From NCBI GenBank assembly GCA_043228905.1, contig JBHGNT010000009.1, forward strand, positions 930,001 through 994,000: 64,000 nucleotides of DNA, written 5' to 3'. The notes under the pieces were generated by a model. It worked only from the letters and a program-made list of their open reading frames with translations, was not told the DNA's origin and did no database searches. The position numbers were made by a program, and so were the translations under genes. Shown here in pieces: positions 1 through 11,176 of this stretch. This stretch comes from Azolla caroliniana. Its lineage: Eukaryota; Plantae; Polypodiophyta. Numbering within the stretch: the stretch's first letter is position 1; every line of letters starts with the position of its first letter.

Positions 1-1954
1 ATGTAACTCCTCCATTAAGCATGACTCGAGACACTGCATCTTGTCCTAATAAAAATATGAGGCGAGACATACGAGGTCCAAAGCCCATTGTATGCATTAA
101 CCCATAAACAAAGGACCAATTAACATGATCATAAGCTTTCTCCAAATCTAATTGCACCATAATTAATTCTTGATGAGTGTTTCGAGCATAATCCATGGCC
201 ATTTGAACATTCAACACATTATGCAATATATTCCTACTTGCAATAAAACCATATTGGGCGAGATGTATCAACTTTGGCAAATACTTTTGTAATCTATTTG
301 CCAACACCTTTGTAAATATCTTATACAACCCCCCCCCATCAAAGAAATAGGTCTCCATTGATGAAATGACTCTGGAGATGCCACCTTTGGAACTAATTTA
401 ATTAGATCAACCTTCCAAGCTTGAGGCATACAACCAGAATCCCAAGAATGTTGAAACATCAAAGTCAAGGGCCCCTTTAAAATGTGTGAATATCGCTTAA
501 AAACTTCATTTGTCAAGCCCCCATCAAGTCATCCCAACCAGGGCTCTTACCACTAGGAAGATGCCTTAAAACGGTGTCCACCTCATCCTCTGTGAAATCC
601 GCATCCAATTCATGACTAGTGAGGTCATGCACAATACATCCAACCACATCATAAAACTCATGACGTGCTCTACTCACCTCATTTGTCATTAACAATCGCG
701 GGCCAATCAACTCCTTAAAGTAATGAACACATATGTCAATTATTTTAGTAGGATCCACTATCCATCATCACCTTGCTTCATATGTACCACATTAGATCGA
801 GTATAAGTAGGATCCAACGCTTGGAAAAACAAATGGGATTGACATTGATTATCTATGAGCCCATCCCTCAATTGTCACATCTTCGCATAACGATAACTTT
901 GGCATTACAACTGAGAAATAATAGCATACAATTGACTTTGGATATCCAAAAGCTCCTCATCTAAAGGTGCATGTATCAATAATGTATTACACCTAGAGAG
1001 AACTTGTGAGAATTTTAGAAGAAGAGCTCTTCTTCGTTGAGCATTAATTACTCCATACATACGATGAACGATCTTAATATTTTGTAATGTGATATCTAAT
1101 GCTTTAACTCCTTTGAGATTCACTTCTTGTGAAAAATTTACCAAAATTTGTTGCATGAGAGAATCAAAGTGAGGTTGAAGCAAAAGAGAAGAGTTAAAGC
1201 GTAATGGAGGCTTTCCAAGTAAGGATTTATACATGTCAATTGCATGACCACAAATCTCCAAACAAATAGGAAAGTGATCTGAAGTTCCTATATCTTGTAA
1301 AACTGCCATATGAAGTGATGTCGGTAAAAAAGAATCATTGTGCATCACATACATTCTATCTAACCGACTCCATGTTTGTCTATGTTGAGCAGATTGGAAA
1401 GTAAAACCTGGATCATTCCCATGCAACCATGTCCAAACATCCAACTTCAAAACCTCCATAGCCAATGAATCCCAAGCAAGTTGCTCAGGATAATCCATGA
1501 TCGAATGTTCAAACGTAGATTGAGATGCATCAACACACATGTTAAAATCACCCATAAGTAATCCTGGATGGCCCACACATAGGGTTTGACGGAGTGAGCC
1601 CCATAATGCAATACGTTGAGTGGCTTGGTTAGGGGCATAAATCCCAACCACGTACACAACCTCGCCAAAAAAACGGATTTCTAGAACCAAAAACCGACCA
1701 TAAGGATCATTATGCACCACTTGAGGAAAATACTTATCCCGCACGATTAATACCACACCTGAATAATGATTATTAAGATGTCTTGCATAGAATGATGAAT
1801 ATCCACGCAAATGAAGTGTGGATCCTGCTAACTCATGACACTTATGCTCAACTACACATAATATATCCCATTCTTTACTTAATAAAGTTTGCCATAATAT
1901 ATACTTCTTATGAGGAGAACATGCCCCTCTCACATTCCATGTTACCACTTTCAT
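1..1954 (-). mobile_element. L1/Tx1-clade LINE ORF2 (APE endonuclease + RT), degenerate, runs off the window edge
   Basis: ORF 905-1954 has APE motifs VTWNVRG, GIYAPN, GDFN, SRLDR, SDHFPI. Broken downstream frames give KSPGWD, LVPK...WRPISL and LDLEKAYDHVNW (~110-170). Stops and frameshifts lie between the segments. Confidence 0.93.
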
Positions 1955-2668
1955 TCAGTCAACAATGTTATGGGTGCACTTGCTCCTTTAGAGCAACCGA
2001 TGTCATGAAACTAGTCAAAGCATGTTCCAATGCTGCATATGGACAAACTCCATGTAAGAATATTTTCTAGAATCTACACGTAACAAGAATGTCGCACATT
2101 ACCTAGAGGCTAGCATGATATCTCTTGAAGAGCTAGATTAATGCTTTGACAACGTATTACTCAACAATGGCAATGTACCACATTAATCTCCTAATCATCT
2201 TAATATAAAGAATGCATCGAGTAATTTGATTATAACGTCAATTTTCACATAATTTGCATGGTTCAAAACTTTGATCATGTGTTGATGTTCAAATTGGCTA
2301 GAAAGTGTTTGTCGAAATCCCCAAACCTTCTTCAATTGATTTGATCATTAGCAAGGAAATGGGTCGAGCACTCATGAGAAAGGAATATCATCATCAATGA
2401 CACATACTGGAGTTAACTACATTATACGGAGCAACAGGATCAGGAACATAGCATGGATTGATGCATGAGCGAGCCAATCATCGTATGTACACAACATACA
2501 TACATACATACATACATTGTGTATACATACATATAATTAGTTAGGATAGGGGTAGAACTAGTTGAGGAAGTATGGATGTGGTTCCATGAAGGTGATACAT
2601 TATCAAAGTATGTATATGAATAATACAAGTAGTAGCAGTAGTAGTAGTAGTAGTATATATATTGGGAC

Positions 2669-3814
2669 TTAGAAGAAGCTGATTAATGTAGGGGCATCTC
2701 TAGGCAAATAGGTAGAAGGTGGAAGAGGGGCATTCAAGTAATTATTAATTACCGCCCTTTCTTCTAATGGACTGGCCCCTGCACAGCAAACAGCAGTCCC
2801 TGCAGTAATGGCGCTGCTTCTGCTGCTGCTCTGTTCTTGTTTGCAATGGGCGATGGCTTCTTGAACAGCGCTCATCATGTACTCATCATCTTCATGACCA
2901 CCATCACCCCCTTCCATCTCTGCCATCACTTGCTTGCTGGGATTATAGCGATCAGAATCACCAAGTTTACTGTCACTCTTCTTATAACCATGATTCTCTC
3001 TTCGATTCTTCTTCTGAACCCTCTCGTTGCTCTTGATCTTGTTCTTGCTACAAACTCTAGCTAGATCAAATCCGCTACTAACCATAGCTTCATGGCATTC
3101 ATTCTGTACACTATTCATTAGCTGTTCCTTCTTCTTCGTCACTAATCTGACGATATTAGATGATGGTGGCGATGGTGTATCAGACGTTCGATCCAGCTCT
3201 TGGATCAATTCATTCCCCACAATTACATCAGAATGTTTTACTGTTTCATCCTTCTTTTTCTTCTTCTCGCTCTCGTTCCCCTTCCCCTTCCCCTTCCCCT
3301 TACAATGCGAGAAAATGAGCTTAATCCTCTTCTTCATTGTGTGCAGCTTTGTAAGTAGGGCCCTCCCCTCATCATGCGCCTGTCTTTCTGAGGATCCAGC
3401 TCCACCACAAGGAAATTTTGAGCCATTATCCTCGGTGCCATTACATTGAGGAATATAATGCTCAGGCCCATGGTCATGATTAATGATCTTATTAGTATCA
3501 TCATCACCACCACAACCATCATTAGAGTTAATAATGATTAGCGACTTCAATAGCCTCGTGTAGCAACGATAATTACTCTCCATCACAACCATCCATGAGC
3601 ACGAAGTCGACGCAGTCAGATCTGGAATTGATGACGATGATGATGATGATGATGGTGAAGAAGAAGAAGAAGAGGATTGTGTAACTGATGATAGCCTAAT
3701 ATCACCAATTCCATTACCAGTACTATTTATGTCTGAATGACATTCACAGCGCTTATTCTTATTATCATTATAGCCATGAACAATCCCGTTATGATACAGA
3801 GAATGAGATGGCAT
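2669..3814 (-). CDS. Putative MAKR/BKI1-family membrane-associated kinase regulator-like protein, intronless, low complexity
   Basis: Long open frame; first in-frame ATG at 3814. Ser-rich tract, polybasic KGKGKGKG..KKKKK patch and C-terminal SAVQEAIAHCKQ, matching the MAKR/BKI1 'AIAHCK' signature. The usual MAKR N-terminal motif was not recognised. Confidence 0.55.
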   Translation of the reverse strand: MPSHSLYHNGIVHGYNDNKNKRCECHSDINSTGNGIGDIRLSSVTQSSSSSSSPSSSSSSSSIPDLTASTSCSWMVVMESNYRCYTRLLKSLIIINSNDGCGGDDDTNKIINHDHGPEHYIPQCNGTEDNGSKFPCGGAGSSERQAHDEGRALLTKLHTMKKRIKLIFSHCKGKGKGKGNESEKKKKKDETVKHSDVIVGNELIQELDRTSDTPSPPSSNIVRLVTKKKEQLMNSVQNECHEAMVSSGFDLARVCSKNKIKSNERVQKKNRRENHGYKKSDSKLGDSDRYNPSKQVMAEMEGGDGGHEDDEYMMSAVQEAIAHCKQEQSSSRSSAITAGTAVCCAGASPLEERAVINNYLNAPLPPSTYLPRDAPTLISFF

Positions 3815-4235
3815 CCTGATATTGTCAGCACTAGTTTTGCAACTATTAATATCACCGGATATTAATCGACATGTCAAGACCGCAGAACTGAGATGGAGAT
3901 TGACGGAAACGCAGTCGTCTTTTAAGGTCTTGGACCATTGATCCGCTGCCGCAGTCAGTAAGGGAGAGGATTATTTGAGAATCATGATCACCTGACAGAT
4001 GACGATGATGATGATAGTTAAGATCAGTACTGATGAAGCTGCTTGTGATGGGTGCGATGATTAGGGTTGTCAATATGATTATAGTAGTTATTCAGATTAA
4101 TGGGATTGTAGAAGAGATTTGAATGGAAGGAGGTGTGCCTCATAGATGCTAGTAGTAGTAGACTGTAGTAGTAGTATTGATATGTATGTATATATACATA
4201 AAGGAAGAGGTCTACCTAGGTACATACATAGACAT

Positions 4236-4260
4236 GTATGTATGTATGTATGTATGTATG

Positions 4261-4291
<31 letters not shown>

Positions 4292-4309
4292 TGTATGTAT
4301 GTATGTATG

Positions 4310-4340
<31 letters not shown>

Positions 4341-4400
4341 TGTATGTATGTATTGTATGTATGTATGTATGTATGTATTGTATGTATGTATGTATGTATG
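4236..4400. repeat. (TATG)n microsatellite
   Basis: About 40 imperfect TATG units seen directly. Confidence 0.97.
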
Positions 4401-4802
4401 GGAGTTCGAAAACACCCTCGATTGCTCCAACTATGCATGTGTCCTATGTATGTAATGTATGTGTTTGGATGCACACATACATTACATACATAGTACACAT
4501 GCATAGCTGGAGCCATAGTATGAACCATACGCACCATACTTACATTCGCATTCGAGAACGTTTCAATCATTCGAGTGTGGTAAACACCCTCGAAGTATGG
4601 TAAATATGGTACTTTTGTATTCATTATTTATTATAAGGTAATTTCTTTAAGGTAAGAAAGTTAAGGTAAAAAGTGTTTTAATTAAAAGAAGAATGTTTTG
4701 ATAACATACGCATTCGAATGGGAAAAAAAATGGTTGCCAATGCATTCGAGTATATTACGTACTATAGTTGGACCAACTATCGAGGGCGTTTCTGAACTCC
4801 CA
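4399..4802. mobile_element. MITE-like element with ~35-bp imperfect terminal inverted repeats and an internal 41-bp hairpin
   Basis: TGGGAGTTCGAAAACACCCTCGATTGCTCCAACTAT (4399-4434) versus the reverse complement of 4764-4802, TGGGAGTTCAGAAACGCCCTCGATAGTTGGTCCAACTAT. No TSD identified. Confidence 0.45.
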
Positions 4803-5876
4803 CGCATCGAACATTTCCCATGGGAAATTGTTTTGGAAATTGGTGGGAATTTGGAGCCATGAGGTTCCAATTATTAGTGTGAATGTGTGTGCGCGATGTA
4901 TTCCACACCTAAACCATTTCTTCATGTTTTCCTTTCCATTCATGGTAACAAACTCAGAGAGTGACATGGGTATCAGTCCCCTAATTCCCACTCATTCACT
5001 TCTACAATGTTTCCCCCACGAAATTCTCTTGTTTGAACTTTGAACTTTGGAATTTGATGATGATGGGACTTGGATTACAAGAAACCAAAACTCTAGTGTC
5101 AAATCATTTGATGCATGCATCATGATTCATAGTGTTCATTGTAATTGGCTTGTCCAGCTTATCCCGTTAAGTTCGACCTCTTGGGAAGAGAGAACTATAT
5201 TTCACAAAAGATTGCCCATATCTCCTTAGGAGGTTGAAAACTCTTCTTCAAGGGAACACGAATAACATGAGCACTAAGGTAGTCTCAACATGTTATGTTG
5301 TGTCTTGTAAGATTGTCGAGAACGCTAGGACATGGGGGAGAGGTGATTGTAGTTGGGAGGATAGGCATACCATGTTTTTTGTAATAGTAAGTGTTATAAC
5401 ACTATCCATAGCTGCATTTAAGTTTAAAAATAATTATTTGAGAAAAACTTGAAAATACCCCTATCATGTTTTCTATTTCACAAAACGCCCCTACATTTTC
5501 AAGATCAATGCACTTGTTCCACCCCTTTCCAAACAAGTACATGTGTTATTTCCGCCAATACACTCAGTCAACATCTTCTTCAACAAGTACGTGTGTTATC
5601 TCCCAAATACATTTAATCAAACCATTCTAGGATGCATTTTGTCAAATGCGTTATAAAACGGGTATCGTCAATAAACACGTGTTCTCTAAGTTTATTGTGT
5701 TATTTGAGCAAATTCTATCATCGATTCATGATCTTCCCATTGTTTGGTGAAAAACCTCAAACATATAAGAGTATTTGAGTTAAAAAAGGAAAACCGAGTG
5801 ATATTTTAAAAAACATCTGATGCGATATATGTAAAAAAACAATATCTCATTGTAAAATGCTAAATAACATAAAAGT

Positions 5877-6290
5877 CTTCAAGGGCCATCTGACGCAAGT
5901 GAAGAAGCGAGAGCTCGTTTATTGTTGAAATGGAGCGGTTTGTCAATGCTACAGATAATGGATGGTAAAGTGAAGTGGAATTATCAACCACCACGGTGGC
6001 TGTTCCCTCCAAGTGTACCTAACATCTAGATGGGTGCTGCCATGAGGAGCGAATGGAGGACATCTATGGTGAATTTTGCTGGTATGAGGCTCACTTGGAG
6101 AATATGCGTTCGAGTAATGCTATACACATCGAATGATGTGGTGCTTTGGAGTTGTTTTTTTTGTTGTTTCATCTACACATATTGTTTTCCTTTAACATGC
6201 AAGATGTCTTATAAGATATGAGTTGTAAATTATCCCTTGTACATTGCTTAACTAATGGAAGTAGTTTTTTTTTTTTGGAAAAAAAAAAAA
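5877..6290 (+). mobile_element. 5'-truncated L1-type LINE (ORF2 C-terminus, 3'UTR, poly(A))
   Basis: Encodes ...RLLLKWSGLSMLQIMDGKVKWNYQPPRWLFPP*. Ends ACTAATGGAAG..TTTTTGGAAAAAAAA like the 12.2-kb copy. TSD AACATAAAAGT at 5866-5876 and 6289-6299. Confidence 0.8.
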
Positions 6291-6617
6291 CATAAAAGTT
6301 TCTGAAAACAAATTACAATTACCTACCCTAAGTCATTCAAAAGAATAAATGTGAAGGGCAATATAGTTTTCCACGTTGCAATCTCAAACTAAAAATACGA
6401 ATAGTTCTTTATAATGACTACAACATTGAGCTCATTTTGAATTAAGAGCCCGCAACATCAATTGAAAAACACCAAATTCATTGTTACAACTACATTTGTA
6501 TATGTCAATTCTATAAACGATAATTCACTCAACATTTTTTATATCATGTATAAAAGCAATGTTTGCACATTTTGCTTTAACATGTTTTGTTTTCTTATTG
6601 TTGCTGCATGTGCATAT

Positions 6618-6860
6618 TGTGAAATGCTCTCAAGAATAGCCTCCCTTTCATTATGTCTCAAGTTACACTTTATAGACTCTCTCTTAGCGTGGAGGGTGTT
6701 CTCCCGCTCCAATTAGCTCTACTAATTATGGGGCTTGGTGGGGGCCTAGTTTGGGTGTGGTGCATGAGGCTTGGTAGGGGCCTAATTTGGGTGTGGTCTA
6801 TGTGTGGTGCATGGGGCTTGGTAGGGGCCTAATCTAGGTGTGGTCCATGTGACCACCACA
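6618..6860 (-). repeat. 3' LTR of the gypsy element
   Basis: Direct repeat of 11193-11435; contains three internal GGGGCTTGGT(A/G)GGGGCCTA-type repeats. Confidence 0.97.
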
Positions 6861-6870
6861 ATTCCCCCTT
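6861..6870 (-). other. Polypurine tract (PPT)
   Basis: AAGGGGGAAT immediately precedes the 3' LTR on the minus strand. Confidence 0.9.
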
Positions 6871-6882
6871 GTAAAAAAAAAG

Positions 6883-9800
6883 TTATTGTGCAGTCGAAGC
6901 GCGACGAGGCGTGGACGACGGTTCCAGATGGGGGGATGACACGGGCGTGGGCGTAGGCATGAGTGTGGGCGGGGGCGGTGGTAGTTGATGGAAGGGCTTC
7001 ATGCGAGACTGGTGAGCAAAGGTAGAGCGGTTGTTGGAGGCGCGGCGGAGCAGGTATGTAGTGTCGCGTATCTGCTTTTGAACTTCGAAGGGACCGATCC
7101 ATCGGTGCATGAGCGATTCGCTGAGACCGCGACGACGGATGGGGAAGTAGACGAGGACTTTGTCACCGACGTGGTATTGATGGTCGACACGGCCTATATC
7201 GTGTTGTCGTTTTTGGCGTAGTTGTGCCTGGTGCAGGTTGCTCGTGATGGCTTTGCAGAGGAGGGGCTGGAGTTGTTGTAGGTGGGACCACCAAGACACT
7301 GCGTCAGCGTGGAGTCGTGTGGTTGGTTGCGGGACTGCCACTTATGGGGGTAAGCGCAGGTCCCTTCCGTAAAGGGCCCGAAATGGGCTAATGCGGGTAG
7401 AGGCTTGCACAGTTGTGTTGTAGGCATGCGTAACGAAGGGCAAGATTCGGTCCCAGGTTGAGTGAAGCGGATCGATGTAGGCTGAGATTTGTTGTTTTAA
7501 GGTTCGATTGAGGCGCTCCGTCAACCCATTCGTTTGCAGATGGTAGGGTGACGTGAATAACTGTTGGATTCCTAGTTGTGTTGAAACGAGGCGTAGGAGC
7601 TCACCGTTGAACTGGGGTCCTTGATCGGACAAGATTTGGAGTGGGCAACCGTGGGGGAAGATGATTTTCTCCAATAGTTTGGAGGCGATGGTCATAGCCT
7701 TTGCATCTGGGATAGCGGCCGTCTCAGCCCAACGCGTCAAGTACTCGGTGATGACGAGGATGAATTTGTTCCCTCCTTGTGACTCGGGAAAGGGGCCCAT
7801 AATGTCCCATCCGACGATTTCAAATGGAGCTTGAACTTGTATCGGATGTAAGAGGCCTTGAGCCACTTGAGGTGATTTGATGGCCTGACATAAGTTGCAT
7901 GCTTTGATGTAGGAGGCGACCTCGTGGCGTAGCCCAAGCCAATAGAATTTGCGACGAATTTTGTCGAGCACCTTATGAAAACCCAAGTGGCCGGACAACG
8001 GGTGATCGTGGAAGAAACGAAGGTAAGACTGGCGTAGTTGCTCAGGCACGTAGACTCGGGGTTCTTTGCCTACTTGACAAAAAAGTAGGACATTATCCTG
8101 GATCATGAATTGCTTGGTGAGGGATGATATCGGTTCAGCTCGTAGGCGGTGGCAGATATCTTGGATTTGTTTGTCGTGTTGTTGCATGTTGGCCATTTGG
8201 GACGAGGATATGGGGAAATCGATTGTGTTGGAGGTGATCTGGTTCGCCTGAAAGGATATGCGGGATAATCCATCGGCGACGATGTTTTGTGGACCATGGC
8301 GATAGCGCAGAGTGAATGTGTAATCTTGTAGCGCCAAAACCCAATGAAGTAAGCGGCCGGGTGGATGAGCCTTCTTTATGAGGGAGAGCAGTGGCTGATG
8401 GTCGGTTTCGACTGATGTATTTGATCCGTGAAGGTATGGGTGGAAACGATGGAATGCCCAGACGATGGCGAGGAACTCTTTTTCAGTTGTCGAGTAATTT
8501 TGTTCGGCTTTGGTAAGTGACCGACTGATGTAGGCAATCGGGCGGAGTTGGTCGTTGTCGTCGGATTGGAGCAGGACCGCACCAAGGCCGACATTGGAGG
8601 CATCCGTCTGCAGATGGAAAGGCTTCGTGAAATCAGGGTGGGCCAGGAGGTCAGAGGCTTGGAGTGTTCTCTTGAGCTGCAGGAAGCTGGATTCGCAGGC
8701 TTCGGTCCACAGGAAGGGTGCGTCTTTTTGTAGGAGCGCGCGTAGTGGGGCTGACAGGTCGGCTAGCCGTGGGATGAAACGAAGAGAGAACGTGAGGAGG
8801 CCGAGGAAGCGTTGAAGCTGCTTGACTGTGGTGGGGCGTTGGAATTTTTGGACTGCTTCTGTCTTCTCCGGGTCCATTTGTATTCCGTCGGAGGAGATGA
8901 CGTACCCAAGGAAGCGGAGGCACGTACTACCCCATCGGCACTTCTTCCATTGCAGCTGCAATCGATAGCGTTGAACACAAGTTAGGACCTCCCGAAGGAC
9001 TTGAAGGTGTTCTGCCCAAGTGCTTGTATATACCAGAATATCGTCTAGATAGACGACGACGACACGACGGGTGATGAGATCATCGAAGATGGCATTAGCC
9101 ATTCGCTGGAATGTGCTCCCCGCATCAGATAGGCCAAAGGGCATCCGTGTGAACTGAAAAATGCCTTTCCTAGTGCGGAATGCAGTTTTGTGGGCATCGT
9201 GAGGATTCATCGGGATCTGCCAATATCCCGAGGCTAGATCGAGGGAGGTGAAGTACTTTGATTTGCCAAGTTGGTCGAGGAGGTCATCGATATGAGGGAG
9301 AGGGTATCGGTCATGGGTGGTGACATGGTTCAGTTGTCGGAAGTCGACACAAAAGCGGTAAGAACCATCCCCTTTCTTTACCATGTGTGGCTCCGAGATC
9401 CACTCGCTCTTGGAAGGTGTGATAATCCCTTGTTGGAGCATAGTTTTGACGGCGTTGTCGATGCGCTCGTGGTCGAGAGGCGAGCGACGTCGGGGAGCTG
9501 CGTTGATGGGGCGGGCGTTGCCTGTAGGAATCGTGTGGTGAATCGGAAAACGGACCGAGGGAGGTTTTACAGGTGGTGTAGACAACGAGGGAAAGGTGGC
9601 GAGGAGCCGTCTGATGTTGTTGATGCGCTCCGCCGGTGATATCAGGTACTGTGTGTTGCTGATGTGGGTGGTATCCCGCGGAGTAGTGAAGAGCGCGATC
9701 GGAATGTGATTTGGGAGGATGAGCTGTTGTGCGGAGAAATCGAGACATGCTCGACTATGGAGGAACCAATCACATCCCAAGGTGATTGGGAACAACTGGC

Positions 9801-10167
9801 GCGGGAGGACGTAGAAACGATGGTGGATCTGGGCGGAACTAATGGTGAGCATGCACCTGACTTGCGTATGTGAGTGGTACACCCGTTGTTGGTCGCCGAA
9901 GAGGATTTTAATGGGCGGTGCGTGGCTCGTGGGAAGTTGTAATTGGGTGACTAAATCTGTGCTGATGGAAGAGATGCTGCTGCCGGAGTCGAGGAGAACT
10001 TCTTGGGTCGTGTGCTGGAGGCGGGCGATTGTGGTACAAACGGGCGAAGTTGATGAAGTGGAGGCGTGGACGTGCGGGGGCGGCTCGATCGTGGGAGAAA
10101 CAGGAGAAGTTGAGGACGTGGAGACGTGGACGTGCGGGGGCGGCTCTCCCTGCGGCACCCCGCGCAT
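6883..10167 (-). CDS. pol: Gypsy Pol (protease, RT, RNase H, integrase) with one in-frame TAA at 7342-7344 before the GPY/F tail
   Basis: Protease LLDSGS; RT RFCVDFR, LDLASGYWQI, MPFGL, YLDD; RNase H TDAS, NYSTTEKE, TDHQPL; integrase HDHPLSGH..C..C, SDQG, TNGLTER. Same frame resumes at 7341-6883 with VGDKVLV..WIGPF. Confidence 0.95.
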
Positions 10168-11117
10168 TAGTTTTCCGGGAGCTCAGAGAGGGAGGCATCG
10201 TCAGCTAATTGGACGTTCTGCTTTTGTTGGTGATTCTGCCACTTTCGGCAGTGACGCCGAATGTGGCCATAGTTGTTGCAGTAGAAACATTTGGGGCGTC
10301 CCTGGCTGTCTCGTTCGGGCAATGCACGCTTGGCACGTAATTGCGCGTTCTGGATGTCGATGTCCATGGGAGTGACGGCTGGTATAGTGTTTGTATGATC
10401 ATGACTGAGATTACCTGGTGTGTGCATGTCGTGCGCGTCTGCAGCTTCGATGCGTTGGGCAGTGAGGATGGCTTCGTGTAGTGTCATCGGGCCTTGATCG
10501 CGTACACGGCGGCGGAGGTCATGTCGTATACGCGGCCAGAAAAACAACAACTTCATGTCCTCCAACATGTTGGCGTCAACCCGGCGTAGGATCTGCACAA
10601 AACGAACCGTGAACTGGGTGATGGGTTCGCGTGGTTGTTGGGTAATTGACTCAAGTTGTTGTAGGGCTGTCTGGCGGGAGTCTTGATGAGCAAAATTCCG
10701 AATCATGGCTGCCCGTAACAGATCCCAGTCGTTGCGTGTCTCTTCGGGTTGTTGTACAAGCCATGTTGCCGCGATATTCTCGAGGAGTGTCTTCATCTCC
10801 ATTGCCTTCCGAGGGTGTGGCCACTGGTGGTAACTGGCCACCATTTCGAAATGATCCAGCCAAGAGAGGACGTCTTCCGATGGTAGGCCGGATAACGGTT
10901 TTGGGCAAACTCGAGAGTCCGGGAGATTTTGTTGTGGCTCGGATCGTGCTGAAAGAAAGGACAACATGGCTTGGTTAGTATGGTTAACTTGTAAAATGAT
11001 GTTGGACAGAGCTTGAACCAGTTGGTCGATTGGCGATGTGGGCTGGTGTCCTTGATTGTGTTGTAGGAATTCCGGATTCATCGAGTTTGTGTTGTCGTCG
11101 TTGTTGTCGTGTTGCAT
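10167..11117 (-). CDS. gag: Gypsy Gag
   Basis: Capsid-like region, PMDID motif and CCHC knuckle CFYCNNYGHIRRHC; first ATG at 11117. Confidence 0.92.
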   Translation of the reverse strand: MQHDNNDDNTNSMNPEFLQHNQGHQPTSPIDQLVQALSNIILQVNHTNQAMLSFLSARSEPQQNLPDSRVCPKPLSGLPSEDVLSWLDHFEMVASYHQWPHPRKAMEMKTLLENIAATWLVQQPEETRNDWDLLRAAMIRNFAHQDSRQTALQQLESITQQPREPITQFTVRFVQILRRVDANMLEDMKLLFFWPRIRHDLRRRVRDQGPMTLHEAILTAQRIEAADAHDMHTPGNLSHDHTNTIPAVTPMDIDIQNAQLRAKRALPERDSQGRPKCFYCNNYGHIRRHCRKWQNHQQKQNVQLADDASLSELPEN

Positions 11118-11155
11118 CGTGGCGGGCTTTGTTGGGGTCGTGAGTTGGGGTGGCT

Positions 11156-11173
11156 TGCCCGTCTTCTCCACCA
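11156..11173 (-). other. Primer binding site, tRNA-Ala-like
   Basis: TGGTGGAGAAGACGGGCA, beginning with TGG (complement of the tRNA CCA end). Confidence 0.75.
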
Positions 11174-11176
11174 AGA

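Noticed and set aside
4097-4624. ORFs rich in YIHT / MYVC
   Set aside because: Translations of the (TATG)n microsatellite.
4830-5560. Possible DNA-transposase remnant and Mutator-like TIR near 5440-5500
   Set aside because: No convincing protein motif or partner TIR/TSD found by eye.
6883-7341. Separate env-like third ORF in the gypsy element
   Set aside because: It is in frame with pol and encodes the integrase GPY/F tail; no signal peptide or TM segment.
8100-10980. Many overlapping or antisense ORFs within the gypsy element
   Set aside because: Expected in GC-rich coding DNA; no recognisable domains.
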